A DNA stretch of 64,000 bases from Eledone cirrhosa (taxonomy: Eukaryota). Position 1 is the stretch's first letter, and every line of letters begins with the position of its first letter. Shown piece after piece: positions 15,939 to 29,660 of the stretch. The DNA is taken from positions 313,596,001-313,660,000 of the forward strand of contig OZ024740.1 of the NCBI GenBank assembly GCA_964016885.1, read 5' to 3'. The position numbers and the translations under genes were made by a program. The notes under the pieces are model-generated. The model was not told the origin of the DNA and did no database searches. It worked only from the letters and a program-made list of their open reading frames with translations.

Positions 15939-18696
15939 CCATGCATGCATCAAATTAAGAGAAAAAAATGTTTCCCCTCATTGACGAAAGACTTCACTAG
16001 AAACTTCAGAATATTTATCTCCCCATGACAAACGAACTTATCCAAATATGCCAGACAGACTTTATTTATGTTATTAATGGTATCGAGTAGTGTGTTTTCA
16101 ATGTTACACTTCTCATATCATCTCATCTAAAGTATTAAACACCTAGACAAGCGCTGTATATTAAATGTAATCTCCTGCATGAGTGAAATTGTGGCCTGGT
16201 TATGGCCATTTTCGGTTGTGGCCATTCCACTAATGCCTTTTATAAAAGACTAAACATTACACAATGTTTTCATTTCATCACTGTTTACCAGTGGAGGAAT
16301 TACGTGGACTTGCTTGAAATAGGGATCAAATATCACTCAAATCACGCCCTAATGTCTTAGAAAATTACACATTGTATAATGTAGTCCTGCATACTCTGCA
16401 CACAGGAAAAGGATGGGATGGTCACGATTGGAATATAATTAACTATAAGTACTGCTCAATTAGGACATGGTGATAAACAACAGCAAATTAACAATAAAAT
16501 CACTGGTATTAAACCGAAATAAAAATTATTAAAAGAAACTAATGTATTATTGACGTACTTTAAGCTATGTTTAAAGAACTATTGCATTTTAGGCGAGGCG
16601 AAAACTGTGATTTGTGAAGTTGAAGTATATCCTATTAGTTGAATAAATGCAAAAGAAAAGCTTCCCTTTGAGTTTGAAATCCTATCGCCATTTTCCGTGC
16701 AGAAAACCTATATCAAGCATAACGACGCTCACCACACTAAAGCGAATATTTACTGTTTACTGATTTGGCTTAATCTTACTTAGTTTTGTACAAGGGGCCG
16801 TGTGGTGATAGAGTGGTGTTGTGGTGGTGTTGTTTTGTGGAGAGGCTGTATTTGAGAGAGGGAGAGGGTTGCGGTGGAATTGAATTATATTGTAAAAAAT
16901 ACGTCTTTTTCTGTTGTGGTGAGGTAATGTGAGGTTTTGCTGGGTGTCGGCGATATGAATCAACAAACCAAAACTAAGCTAAGTAGTACCAGGTGTCGCT
17001 GGGAAGTATTGAACGGAGTAGAGAGATATAAAGTCAACATAAGATTTAAATGTTTAGGTGGAGGTACATTGACTGACTTGTGTGAATCTTACAAATGTTA
17101 AGTAGAAAAATCAGTTTGTAAACAAATACGGGGAAATGTGTTATTCAATGTTTAGCTTTTTTCATTTTGTTTAGATATAGTTTTAAAGAAAATACAGATA
17201 CATTGGTGGCCATAATGGCGACGAACTACTGTCGGCTGTTTGTTTTTATGTTTTTGTTGTTATTTTGCTGTCTGTTTTGGTTTTTGAACCCCCCCCCCAA
17301 AAAAAAAAACGTCCGTAGAGATGTGAGACGTAGTGTATGTAGTAAAGTGATAGAAATCTGGACTATATACAGACCTGTTAACTCTCATAGTCCGACGGGG
17401 AGATATCCCAACCGCTTTGGGGTGGGTGAGTGATGTCTTCTCAGGTGAAAATTGGTATAGATTTCATTATGTAAAATCTCCCCACTTTGTCTCATTTCTG
17501 CCCGTTTTGGGGGACTTTTTTTCATGGTACTCTCCGTATGGGTTTTTAGAGGTTGGCATGTCTATATATATATGATTTCGGTATTGTTGAAACAAGACTA
17601 AAGATGTATCTCTATATATTGTGTTACAAAGCGTTGGCCTTAATCTCTGCCTCAGCATTTAGCCACAACTAAATTTATAAAAAGGAAATTAATGGTTTTA
17701 GAAGACAAGAACTTAAGAAGTGAGTCATTCATAACGTTCTGAAAGACATTAGATAATTCAAAGGGAGATAATTGGATTAATGCCACAGCTGAAACCATGC
17801 TATCAACATTCAGTTTGTTCTAGTTTACTGTCTTCCTGGTTTTGAGGTTGCTTGTTAAAACCATCTTTTAGTTTCTTTCTTTTCTTTCTTTCTTTCTTTT
17901 TTTTCTTTTTTCTTTTGCTTTCTTTCTTTACTTTTCTTACTTTTTTCTTTCTTTTTTCTTTTTTTCTTTCTTTCTTTCTTTCTTTTTTCTTTCTTTCTTT
18001 CTTCATAAAACTTCTCTTGTCCACGTGAACACCTGTTTCCTCTTATCTCTCCAAGAAATAACACGAGATATACTTTACCGAATCGTTCCTCTCCGGATAT
18101 TTTACTCCTTATAATCATCCTCTCTTCCATATTTTTTCTGTAGCGAAGTACCAGATTCAGTAACGAGTCGGATAGAATGCCTTACATTATTTCTCTCTCT
18201 CTATGTTCTGTGTTCAGATAGAGTGGAAGTAAATTGTACCTTACATTTTTTAGGGATCGATAAAACAAAGGACCATTCTAGGGTAGTGAATTAGCAGAGT
18301 TACCAAAGAATCGGACAAGATAGCTTACAATATCTGTTCCGGTACTTCACGTTTTGAGTTAAACTTTTGCCTCATACGATCGGCCCCCTTGTGGCGGAAA
18401 ATGGGGCCTCAAGGATCCATCTATGGTGATTAACCCCCACCTCGTTGTTAGAGAGAGCACGTGAATGCAAAAACGAACGAACTCAGCACGTAGAAGAAAA
18501 AGGACTAGAACATACAAAATATATCTTTTAAAAATCTCTGTAGACGTAACCCCCACCCCATACATTCAAATTGAACATGAAGCACATCAATTTGTGCATT
18601 AATCAAGAATGAAGACCACCTATATCATGGGTCCAACATTACTGACATGACTGCTATATTTCTGGTAGGTACACTAAAGGATATCTCTCTTCTGTT

Positions 18697-19015
18697 TCCC
18701 GTAACTCCCGAGAGAGTCGTAAGGAACGTCGTATTGACATATGGCGTTTCTAGGGCATTTTTCGTTTTAAACCTGGCAGAGACTATCTCCTTCCAGGCTT
18801 TAATACATCAGATTTCTTCAGAGTAGGATAGACATAATGAGAGAATGGAACTGAGAAAGATATATAGAGGAAGAATCGATCCCAGTACTAGACGGGTAGA
18901 TTTTTTTTTATCAACCTCGAATGGATGAAATGCAAAGCTGACCAGTTTGGAACTCCGAGAGCAGAAACAAGTAGCACAAAACACTCTATCACACATATTC
19001 TTATGACTCTCTCGC
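18697..19015 (-). mobile_element. Long-tail SINE
   Basis: Reverse-complement match to 15610-15938. Confidence 0.75.
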
Positions 19016-19261
19016 CTAAATGATATCTAGTCTCTATAAATAATTATGTATGCATTCCGTTCAGTTTTCCTTAAAAACAACAACTAAAATCTCCATAGTT
19101 GAAAAATAAAATTAATCAAAATAAATAAAAATAAAATAAAGATAGCACAGTTTCATAGCCAAAGATAATATCTTGATTACTTGTTAGTTTGAAATAGATT
19201 GATCTGACACATGCAATATTCCTACTTAGTCCAAGTGACCCGGGTGGTGGATTTGCCACCG

Positions 19262-19322
<61 letters not shown>

Positions 19323-19372
19323 CATATATATATACACTATATATATATATATACATTTTATTAAGGCTTATG

Positions 19373-19422
19373 TCTTGTTACTCTGGAGTTTCGTCTGTTT
19401 ATCACAGGGTCATCAGACAAGA
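19373..19422 (-). ncRNA. Type I hammerhead ribozyme
   Basis: Minus: tcttgt-CTGATGA-ccctgtgataaacagac-GAAAC-TCCAGA-GTA^-acaaga. Confidence 0.8.
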
Positions 19423-19779
19423 ACATATATATATATATATATACCCACCTATGTATATATATATGTATCAAACAGAGGGTTATTTGTCGCTGATGTACTG
19501 TAAATCTCAATACATGATAGCTAAAAATAACACTTAGATAATTATATATATAAAGAGAGAGAATAACTGCATTAATGGCGAGATTAACGGCAGAGTAGGC
19601 TTATTTTAAACTGCTTTAATAGGAATCTCCCATAACTAATTTTGGAAAAATTATTATATATATATAACTGTTTATGGTTGACGGCTGAGAGATAGGAATA
19701 CTCAATAACGAAGTAGAATTTTAATATTCATTTTATTAAGGCTGAATCGTGAGTGTTGTTACTCTGTTTCTCACAGAGT

Positions 19780-19829
19780 TCTTGTCTGATGACCCTGTGA
19801 TAAACAGACGAAACTCTAGAGTAACAAGA
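19780..19829 (+). ncRNA. Type I hammerhead ribozyme within fold-back 19724-19860
   Basis: tcttgt-CTGATGA-ccctgtgataaacagac-GAAAC-TCTAGA-GTA^-acaaga. Confidence 0.85.
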
Positions 19830-19852
19830 CTCACTATTTAGCCTTGATAACA

Positions 19853-19891
<39 letters not shown>

Positions 19892-19896
<5 letters not shown>

Positions 19897-20036
19897 AACG
19901 AGTATAACCCCGACGGCTGAGCTCAAGCCGTTTCGACGGCTAATTCTGGACTAAAATATTACCCACTCTACTACCCTAAGTATTGAGTACTTTGGTGCGT
20001 TATGGTCCACTTGGTTCCTTACCACATTTCCTTCGT
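19892..20036. mobile_element. Family F mini-element (inverted head fused to tail)
   Basis: taggaacgag...gctaattctggact followed directly by tattacccactct...ttccttcgt. Confidence 0.8.
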
Positions 20037-20067
<31 letters not shown>

Positions 20068-20186
20068 TAGATAGTAAGGTGAAATACTGATGTTGGTGCC
20101 AAATCAAGCACTCTATGCACAGGCAGACTGTATATAATAGAAAAAGGAGGAAGTTTCGTTTACATATGAAAAATATTTGTGTATCA

Positions 20187-20278
20187 ACCTGTAACGCGCA
20201 TTTCGCATAGGAATGGTTCAAGGTGACCCATAAGATTTACGGACCCGACTCCAGTATCGATCTGCTCCTCAGACTGGT
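20187..20278 (-). ncRNA. Type I hammerhead with ~60 nt stem II region, between 25 bp inverted repeats (20147-20171 / 20306-20330)
   Basis: Minus: accagt-CTGAGGA-gca...tgc-GAAA-TGCGCG-TT^-acaggt; one stem I mismatch. Confidence 0.65.
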
Positions 20279-20332
20279 GATGCGACAAAAGATATATATA
20301 AGATCTTTCATATGTAAACGAAACTTCCTCGT

Positions 20333-20461
<129 letters not shown>

Positions 20462-20508
20462 GTATATATATGTGTATATATATGTGTATATATGTATATA
20501 TATCTGTG

Positions 20509-20558
<50 letters not shown>

Positions 20559-21225
20559 TATACATATATACATATATATATACATTTATATATATACATA
20601 TATATATATACATATATATATATATATGTATATATCAACTAGAAATTGATTGGCATATATATATGTCTAAAATAAACACATGAAACAATCACAGGGGATA
20701 ATTTGTAAAGTGTGTAAGCACACACAGTTAGGTAGGTAACTAATTAAAGTTTAACTAGAACTTCAAATATAGATACCTTTTAAAAATGATAAATCTTCCT
20801 TGTCCGTAAACTCATAGTAGTCAAAACGGATCTTCAGCAAGGGAGAAGATTTAACTATCTCTGTTTACACATCAAATGCAAATCTACGAATGACCCGTTT
20901 AATTTAATTTTGGATATATACACGGCCCCTTGATTGTAGAGCTAACTCAGTTGAAAGGACTCGGCTGCTATTTCTAGCTGTCGATAATCCTATTCACGCC
21001 ACTAGGATGACGCCGGCACGATGTGTGTAGTTTTAAAAATGCAACACGTGCGACGGGTCATTCGCAGATTTGCATTTGATGTGTAAACACAGATAGTTAA
21101 ATCTTCTACATGTCTCGGACATGACTCCCTTAATTTAATTTTGGATATATATGTATGTATATCTATATATGAATATATATATGTATATATATATATGTAT
21201 ATATATCTATATATATATATATATA

Positions 21226-21765
21226 TATTAAGACAGGGGGGAATAAAAAATGGCTTCACTTGTGCTTTCAACAAATTTATTTTCTTCACAAAATCCCAAA
21301 AGAATTTTTTTCCGGATTAGAAAAATTTTTTTCTTAAAAAAGAAAAAAAATTATTTTATAAATTAAGTTGTTGGTTGTTGGTTAGGTTAGGTCTTAGGAG
21401 TTCTTGGTTAACGTAGGAGGTATTGTGTTCGTTTTAAGAACGACCTTTCACGCTGAGGTGCGCTTGGAGGTATTGTGTTCGTTTTAAGAACGACCTTTCA
21501 CGCTGAGGTGCGCTTGTCAAAAACTGTTTTTGACAAGCGCACCTCAGCGTGAAAGGTCGTTCTAAAAACGAAACAATACCTCCTACGTTAACAAAGAACT
21601 CCTAAGACCTAACCAACAACCAACAACTTAATTTATAAAATAATATTTTTTTTTTTAAGAAAAAATTTTTTATAATCCGGAAAAACATTCTTTTGGGATT
21701 TTGTGAAGAAAATAAATTTGTTGAAAGCACAAGTGAAGACATTTTTTCTTCCCCCCTGTCTTAAT
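21226..21765. repeat. ~540 bp palindrome centred at 21525; left arm has a ~49 bp tandem duplication
   Basis: tattaagacagggggg...gcttgtcaaaaac-t-gtttttgacaagc...cccccctgtcttaata. Confidence 0.9.
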
Positions 21766-22689
21766 ATACCTAACTGTACCAAGGATTACACACATTTTCC
21801 AATATATATATATATACATATATATGTGTATATATGTATTGACTCACACACACATTCCATTATGACATTCTTTTATACAGACTAAACAAGAAAAAGAAAG
21901 TCTTCCATAAAGAATGTGCATAGAACTATATCAATCAATGTAGCCTGAAATATGGTAGGAGTGAATGATGTCCTCTCCATAAGAAACATAACCGGCAAAT
22001 CCTGCAGTTCTTGTTTTTAGAATCACCGTGGATTTGTGGTTTAGAACATCATTTTCATCTTCATCCAACACCGGGTAGGTCTATGGCTCATCAATCCAGA
22101 TATTCCTTCAGAACGAGGTTTTCTATTTCTTTTTTGTTAGCGGCTTTATTTTACATCTCCGTCTGGCTAGGTTTGTTCAGACTAAGGCCACCGATGTCAT
22201 CCAAAGGGGTGAACTGAAGCAACGGAAAATAAAGTGTTTTGCTCAATGACATAACGTCTAGCCCGGTCCTGGAATCGAACTCACAACCTCCCAAATGTGA
22301 ATCTAAATCCCAAACCAATAAGCCTGGCGAGAACAGTATAGAATTGTAAAAGGTCTATGTACAGATGCTGAAGCATATGTCAAACGGATGTCAAACATTA
22401 TGTCAAACGGGAACCGATACTCCTCATGTTACCAATGTTTGTTTGGTGCTGGTAGGTCTCCATAGTGTTTTTTCGAAGACGAGTTGTCTGAAACTTCAGA
22501 ATACCTTCCCACATACACTCGTCACACAGTGGTACACAACAGAATCTTTGTTTACATATTTGTTTAAATGTTAGTTTCTTTTTTTATTGACGCCTTCTAT
22601 TTTTAGTTTGCACCGGTTATAGTATAACTGAAGTAACCACACGGTCACCCTTAATTACAGATAACATTTTTTTTTCAGGTACATTTTTA

Positions 22690-22995
22690 CGCCATATAGA
22701 TATTCGGTATTTCTAGGGCAACATTTAAACCTGGTGGAGCCCATCTCTCTCCAGGTTTGAACATAGCAGATTTATTCCAGTGAAGGATAGAGAGAGAGTG
22801 AGGGAATGAGAGTGAGAAAGAGATATAGAGAAAGAATCGACACCAGTACTAGACTGGTTATTTTTTTTATCGACCTCGAAATGATGAATGGCAAAGTTGA
22901 CCTCTGCGGGATTTGAATTCAGAGAGCAGAGAGCGGAAATAAATACTGCAAACCATTCTATCTGACGTTCTAATGATTCTGCCAATGCGCCGCCT
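22690..22995 (-). mobile_element. Long-tail SINE
   Basis: Core, B box and tail match the other long-tail copies. Confidence 0.75.
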
Positions 22996-23323
22996 TAAAG
23001 CCGTAATGCATGATATGTGTAAAGATAAAAATTTGATGTGCACAAATAACACTGCATGTAGCTTCTGAAGTCAGAAGTTGTTGGCAAACGATTTTTAACA
23101 TAGGCTCTCATTGATTCAAGATTATTACGCGTGCGGCTGATGCTCTAAGTAGAGATTGTGGGAAATATGCATTTAAACCATTAGATTTCCGTATTAATCT
23201 GATAAATCATCACTGACCACACATACACATCTCCTTATCCATATATATATATATATACAAGCAAATTATAAATGTAAACATGTAAATATATATATATATA
23301 CACACATAATTATATAGATAGCG

Positions 23324-23380
<57 letters not shown>

Positions 23381-23450
23381 ATGGGGGACTCAAAATATGA
23401 CAAACATGGACGATATTTTCAAAACTAGCATTGCTATAATTTAGTGTGTG

Positions 23451-23524
<74 letters not shown>

Positions 23525-23968
23525 TATATATATATATATATATACATATATACATATATATATACATGTATGCATTTGGGTAGCTGAATCAACAGATGCT
23601 TGAAATGAAGAATTTAAGATCGTTCAACTTTATCTCAAAAACATGCAGTAAACATTTTAGATGTTGCCTCTCCGTTTTACTTCTACTGATAACACATCTC
23701 CCATAACCCCCTCACTCACTAGCCTTTAGTTTTCATCTTTATGTTATTTTTATTTTTACTTATTTTGACTTCTCATACATTACTACTGATATTAGTGATT
23801 GCTACATGTCACTTTTGTTATCTGACTCCGTTTCTCCTAGCTAGTTCTCACACAGGAAATATTAGCAAAATCCATTTCAAATCGCAACCAACTGTCTATA
23901 ATTCTTTATCGGGCAGATATCTACTCTATAATAGTAGATGAATCACTACCTCTTTACGGACAAATAAT

Positions 23969-24153
23969 TGTTTCTACTTTTGGCACAAGGCCAACAATTA
24001 ACCAGTGCATTACTGGTACTTTATTTTATCGACCCCGTAAGGATGAAAGGCAAAGTTAACCTCGGCGGGATTTGAACTCAGAATGGCAAGGGCAGTAACT
24101 CTATGCGTCAAAGCATGGCATCCGACCCTCTACCGATACTGCCAATCCCCTGC
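23969..24153 (-). mobile_element. Short-family SINE
   Basis: A/B boxes; 17 bp TSD ctttacggacaaataat at 23952 and 24154. Confidence 0.9.
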
Positions 24154-24267
24154 CTTTACGGACAAATAATGCTGCACACCAGATTCGAACACAGTAGAGC
24201 CGAGCTTCTACCGTCATCACCTCCATCTCTCTCGCCCTCCCAATCTCTCTCTATTATGAGCAAATGG

Positions 24268-25225
24268 GGTCCCACGAGCTGACAGAATAGAGAAGGCGTT
24301 TCCCCGGAGGATGGTAAGGGAGATGCGCTGGAAGATCCATTCCCTCTCGCAAGGCTCACATCTGCGGCTAGCCAGCTCAGCGCCTATGATGGTAAGAAAG
24401 GAGGTAGCCCTAGGGCCAAGGACACCAGAAGTCTCCACTGCTGGGTGTTCGACTGCAAACCTGTCAGAGAGCGATCGATACTTCGAGAGTTTACCCTCCT
24501 CAGCCCGAAGTGCAGCAGAACTTGGGTTAGTTGCAGACTGCACCAGGTTGCGGCTGGAGAATGTGTCGCTGCCAGAGGCATCCCAGACGAGGGGTTTACC
24601 ACCACAGAACGGGAAGATGGTCATGCCGTCTGGCACTTTTGCCGTCCCCTCGGTCCAGCCCCACCGGTTCGAGTGGGGTAGGGCAGCTTGCAGCATCCAA
24701 GCCATGCTTTATGACGTCGTTGAAAGCAGCATGGCGCGGAAGGCGGCCGGTATTGTAGCGACAGGAAATCGGGTGGAGGCCGAAAGAGTCCACGGTGGAC
24801 CCGCACTACATTTGTGTGGTTCGCAAATACGGAGGCCAAGCGTCATGGAAATCCCGATGTGTAGGCTATCATTGTCCACCTGAGGCCAGGTTGCACTGAA
24901 TGGCATTGCAAATACTCGGGGGGGGGGGGGGGGCTTGACGTCAGCAGGAGGACAAGGGGAAAGGACGTCTACTGGGCTAAGTTCGAGCCGGTTCCACGTC
25001 TCGCAGGCGGCCTCACGTTCCACGATCACAGTGGGTTCCATTGTGTTTAGGAGAACTTTGTTGATGAAGACGTTACCGACGAAAGAAACACCGGCAAAGC
25101 CAGCGAGATCGTGGACCAAGGCCACCATATATAACAGGCAAGATGGCATGTTGCCATCCAATGTCATCAAACCTGATATTGCATATCTCCTCAGCTGCCG
25201 CTGATACAAGTGTCGAGGTCAGCAA
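24268..25225 (-). pseudogene. CRE-clade non-LTR retrotransposon 3' fragment (Zn knuckle + restriction-like endonuclease), frameshifted
   Basis: Across frames: LGLRICEPHKC, HPISC...RHAAFNDVIK, EPVGLDRGDGK, PDGMTIFPF..GKPLVWD, AVETSGVLG, QRISLTILRGNA. Confidence 0.8.
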
Positions 25226-25629
25226 AAACGCACAGATAGACACATACAAACACACACACACACACACCCACACCCACCCATACACATACACACACACACA
25301 TATATATATATGCATATACATGTGTGCTTCTGTGTTTTTGTTTACAAACGGTATAAAAGTACTCAATACTTCACGCAAAGTTTATATTTATTATGTAACA
25401 CTTGATGATTCACTACGTTGTTAAACAGAGTTTCGCACTCATGTGTTCCTTCAGGCAGTTTTGGTTGAACTGAATGTGACAAAAAGAAGTATCAAAGAAC
25501 AGCGTTGAATCGATTGTAATCGATATGTAATTTGATAGGACTGCAGTTGCTGTTTTGTTTTCGTTTTTAATCTCGTTCGTACTTGGCAATGATTGAGCAA
25601 TCGAAAATAAGGTAGTATATTGTCTCATT

Positions 25630-25930
25630 ATACGTCAGATAGAATGGTTTGTGGTATTCATTTCGGCTCTTTTCTCTCTGAGTTCAAATCCAGCCAAGGT
25701 CAACTTTGCCTTTCATCCATTCCAGGTCGATAAAAAAGTACCAGTCTAGTACTGGGGGTGGATTCTTCCTCTATATATCTTTCTTTCTCTTCCATTCTCT
25801 TACTTTCTATCCTTCTCTGGAAGCAATCCGCTATATTCAGACCTTGAGAGGGATGGGCTTCCCTAGCTTTAAAAATGCCCTAGAAACGACCTATATCAAC
25901 ACGGTGACCCTACGACTCCCTCGAGTGTTA
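25630..25930 (+). mobile_element. Long-tail SINE
   Basis: B box gagttcaaatcc, core and tail present. Confidence 0.75.
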
Positions 25931-25944
25931 TAGACCCATCCAGC

Positions 25945-26560
25945 CAGCTATTGTAACATTGTGCCGAGTGCATCATCTGAATATGATTTTAATATCTGTT
26001 TTCTATTGCTTGCTTTTGTAACTATTTGTAGGGAGGCATTTGCCCAGTGCAGCTAAAATTAATCCAGCTTCAGTATTTAGTGAAATACTTTAGAACCATT
26101 GTGGCTTTTACTCTGGCTTACTTCCTCTCATTCGAGTCTGGCTGGGTATTGATTATGGTGTGGTTTTTCTCTCGATTTTTCCTTAGTAAAATTTGGCATT
26201 TCTTTATGATTTTGTATTTTGTATCTTTTAACGTTTCTGTAGACATATTCCTCATGTAAATATTTTTCTTTGGCATAGTTAACTTCAAATATGCACTCTA
26301 TTGTTTCCTTATATAGAAAGAAACGATTTTTTTTGTTCAGGCTTTATTACCATAATACCCACTTTCGCTTTGTTTGCCGCCGAGTACTTTTTTCGTTTCA
26401 CTCTTGTTACTTCAAGGTAATTCTATACTACTTTCCCCTCTCTGTGTGTGCAGGTGTTATATTCTATCAGCTTTTGGTTGCTAGTATCAAGATGTTGTTA
26501 GTCGTACATTTAACGTCTAGTTTATTATGTTGACTTGGTAGTCTATCACAAAATAGTTTG
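25945..26560 (-). pseudogene. Highly decayed R4/Dong-like LINE fragment (post-RT region)
   Basis: Broken frames read REKPHHNQYPARL and TEAGLILAA..KCLPTNSY, resembling the W..KPLHG.Y / TEG.I.AAQDQ.L.T motifs. Confidence 0.45.
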
Positions 26561-26817
26561 TGTATTTATACTTATCATATTTCTATATCTTATATCGTAT
26601 TCATTTTAGGTATTACTCTCACTCATTTGAAGTACTCTTTTCTAATTTTCCTTAATTTCTCTGTTTTATCTTAAATAATTAACCTCACGAAATATAGAGA
26701 AACATTACACGTGTTACATCAACATAAAACATAATCGAAATTAAAACCCAGATCCTTAAAAGAGTAATGAGCATTATCACCAACAACAATTACACCAAAC
26801 CACATACCGTCTTTTGT

Positions 26818-27137
26818 CCCGTAACTCCTGAGGGAGTCATAGGGGCGCTTTGTTGACACGACTTTTCTAAGGCATCTTTTAAACCTGGCGGAGCCCATCC
26901 CCGCCTCAGGTCTGAATACAGTAGATTTCCTCTAGAGAAGGATAGAAAAAGTGAGAGAATTGAAGTGAGAAAGAGATATAGAGGAAGAATCGACTTCAGT
27001 ACTTGACTGGTATCTTTTGTTATCGACCATGAAAGTCAAAGTTGATCTCGAAGGGATTTGAACGCAAAAAGCAGAAAGCTGAAACGAATACCACAAAATA
27101 TTCTATCCGACATTCTAACAACTGTCAATTAGCTGCC
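26818..27137 (-). mobile_element. Long-tail SINE
   Basis: Reverse-complement match to other copies. Confidence 0.75.
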
Positions 27138-28194
27138 TATATCCCATATTACTATAACAATATAAAATAATGTATGGACACTGCAACACCATGCAATCAC
27201 CCTTACCAGACATTTCTCGAAAAGTCAGCTGGTAAAGACCAGATAATGAAGACAAGGTAACAAAATCAAACATACACACCTTCCAGAAAATCCAAGAATT
27301 TGACCTCCCCCCCCCTTCTATCGAACACTATAATTTAATATGAAAAGTATATACGGTCAGCCGAAATGTGAAACATCGCCTAAAATATCCCGATTACAAA
27401 TGATAAATGCATTAACCAACATCAATAACTATTAGTACTAACCCTGTCATATTTTCATAATCGAAAAGTGAGTAAAATTATAACAATTCTGAAGCTAAAA
27501 CTAAACGATGAAACATCATACAGACTCGTCGCTTTCTAATGCCTACTCTAAAGAGCATTGTAGAAAGGTTATTTCTTAATCCACACATTCAATTTATCAA
27601 ATAACAGCACTAATTGAGACCACTACACTCAACTATCAAACTGTGTAACAAACCGAAGAGGAAATATACGGTGATTTCAACGACAGAAAAACCTCCCTTG
27701 TATTAGGGGGGGGGTGTTAATTTACAAATCTGCAGACTCAATTTCCGGGGCCCCTTTAAAATATGTAGTGACCCATACCATTCACTGAAATCATACTAAA
27801 AAATTTTCCCGAGGGCCGGAACCCCCCCTGTACATACCCCCTGAAGTTGAGGATGGTCGAAAAGAAAAAAAAGTCCGCTATTATTGCACCTATACTCGAT
27901 ATTTTTTCGTCACAAGGGGGGTTTTGGGGGTCGATAAACTCATTTATGGTATTGTTTTTGCATTACGACCATCCAATATGCCGGAAATCCAGGATGCCGG
28001 ATATGGGAAACTGTTATTGAAACAACTATATTGACTAATATATCATTTTTCATGAATGGCATATTTTAAACGCATTTCCGAAGACAAAATGAGCTTAACT
28101 CTAGTCTATGGCTTGAAAAGATTATTATGCATGATTCATTGGTACTTTATCATTGGTTTATTTTAAATTATAATTGTTCAACAAGTGATCTAAA

Positions 28195-28309
28195 GCTAAA
28201 AATAGCGTCGACAGTTTTATTCATTTCGATGGTGGTTAGAATAATATACAAGTTGTATATTATTCTAACCACAATCGAAATGAATAAAACTCTCGACGCT
28301 ATTTTTAGC
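28195..28309. repeat. 115 bp near-perfect palindrome
   Basis: gctaaaaatagcgtcga...aatatacaa-g-ttgtatatt...tcgacgctatttttagc. Confidence 0.85.
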
Positions 28310-28341
28310 GATCCACTCAAAATTACTGAATTTCACGTTAA

Positions 28342-28546
28342 CCCTATAGCATTTAAACCGGCCATATCCGGCCAGAATTCTCTCACCTCTTTCTGTTCAA
28401 ATCAGCTGCAACTAGCCGCTCATACTGATGTTAAGGTATTGTTCTCAAAATAAATATTATCAAAATCTCATAGATTTGATATTATGTGAGATAAAGCCTT
28501 TACCATAAAAATACAGTAAATGTAAAGTAATGTAAATACTAAAGGG
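28342..28546. mobile_element. piggyBac-type MITE
   Basis: TTAA on both sides (28338-41, 28547-50); TIRs ccctatagcattta / taaatactaaaggg. Confidence 0.7.
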
Positions 28547-29660
28547 TTAAGAACACAAAACCTTAACTATCAGTCTTTCTATTAGACTGTTGGGTCTATA
28601 TAGTGTTCAAGAACTACAGCATTTACAGGTTCCTGAATAGAGTATCACAATAATTTATTCTCTGTATAGTATTCCTTTCACTCAACACATACCCGACCTT
28701 TCTAAATCTTCACAAAACATACAGATAGCCTCTGACACAGATTACATCAGTCTAACACCCCTCACCATTCTCTAAACATTGTTGCACAACCACTTCAGCC
28801 TTCATAAATCACACAGAAACCTAGCTCCAAAGCAATAGATATATAGCAGTACCTATCAAACTTGTTTTCTTCATTCTTACCCGGAAACACAAACGCGTAT
28901 TAAATACAACCAATCATAATCTTTAATAACGTGCAACACACACAGAAGATATGAATAAATAAAAACGTTTTACAACATTCACAGCTAACAAAGATGACTG
29001 TAAAAGATAACAAAATGACACAAACATAAAGCAATCTTAGGTGCTGTTATGACTAACAGAAATATATAACAACAATGGCGCTGCACAAACAATGCATTAG
29101 GTCCAACATAGCTGATTATAGTCTTTCTTGCGCTCTAAACTCTCCACAGCAAAACACTAATGACAAAGGACAGTAGGACGTACACAGACCCCTACCCATA
29201 GATCATATAGGCTGGGACACAGTTTCACGCAGTAGCAAGTTTCACACTCAGTCCTTAAGAGTACATGTAAAAGCACGCCCAGACATCCAGACACATACGA
29301 TGCTCTAGCGAACTATTGTAATATATCCTTAAAACATTACTTACTATCCTCAGCCCAGACAAAGGTCTTCAGAGAAGAAACCCCACTGAAGCATGTGTTT
29401 CGGCCCTTAAATTAACTAACCAAAAACGCTCTAAGTTGCAGAATATATACAATAATTGTAAGGAAACAGCAACAGTTACGCACTAACAGAATCCCCTTTT
29501 CCCGACCCCACTGTGGTCACCACCAGAATGCATGAGCTTGCAGTAATACACTGAGCAGTAGAGAGTGCAGAATGTCTAGGTTCTCACATTGCATACGATA
29601 TGATTCATTACTGAATGTCGGACTGCACAGTATAGTCTTCAAGTAGACGGAGACATAACG

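Noticed and set aside
20790-21110. HHR-like pieces (minus-strand CTGAAGA-tccg..cgga; gcaacacgtgcg) near inverted repeats 20844-20896 / 21054-21107
   Set aside because: The GAAA/UH half is missing or mutated, so no ribozyme can be completed; at most a decayed family member.
27150-29500. Faint RT-like peptides (KSAGKDQI and others)
   Set aside because: Too degraded to assign by eye; needs an HMM search.
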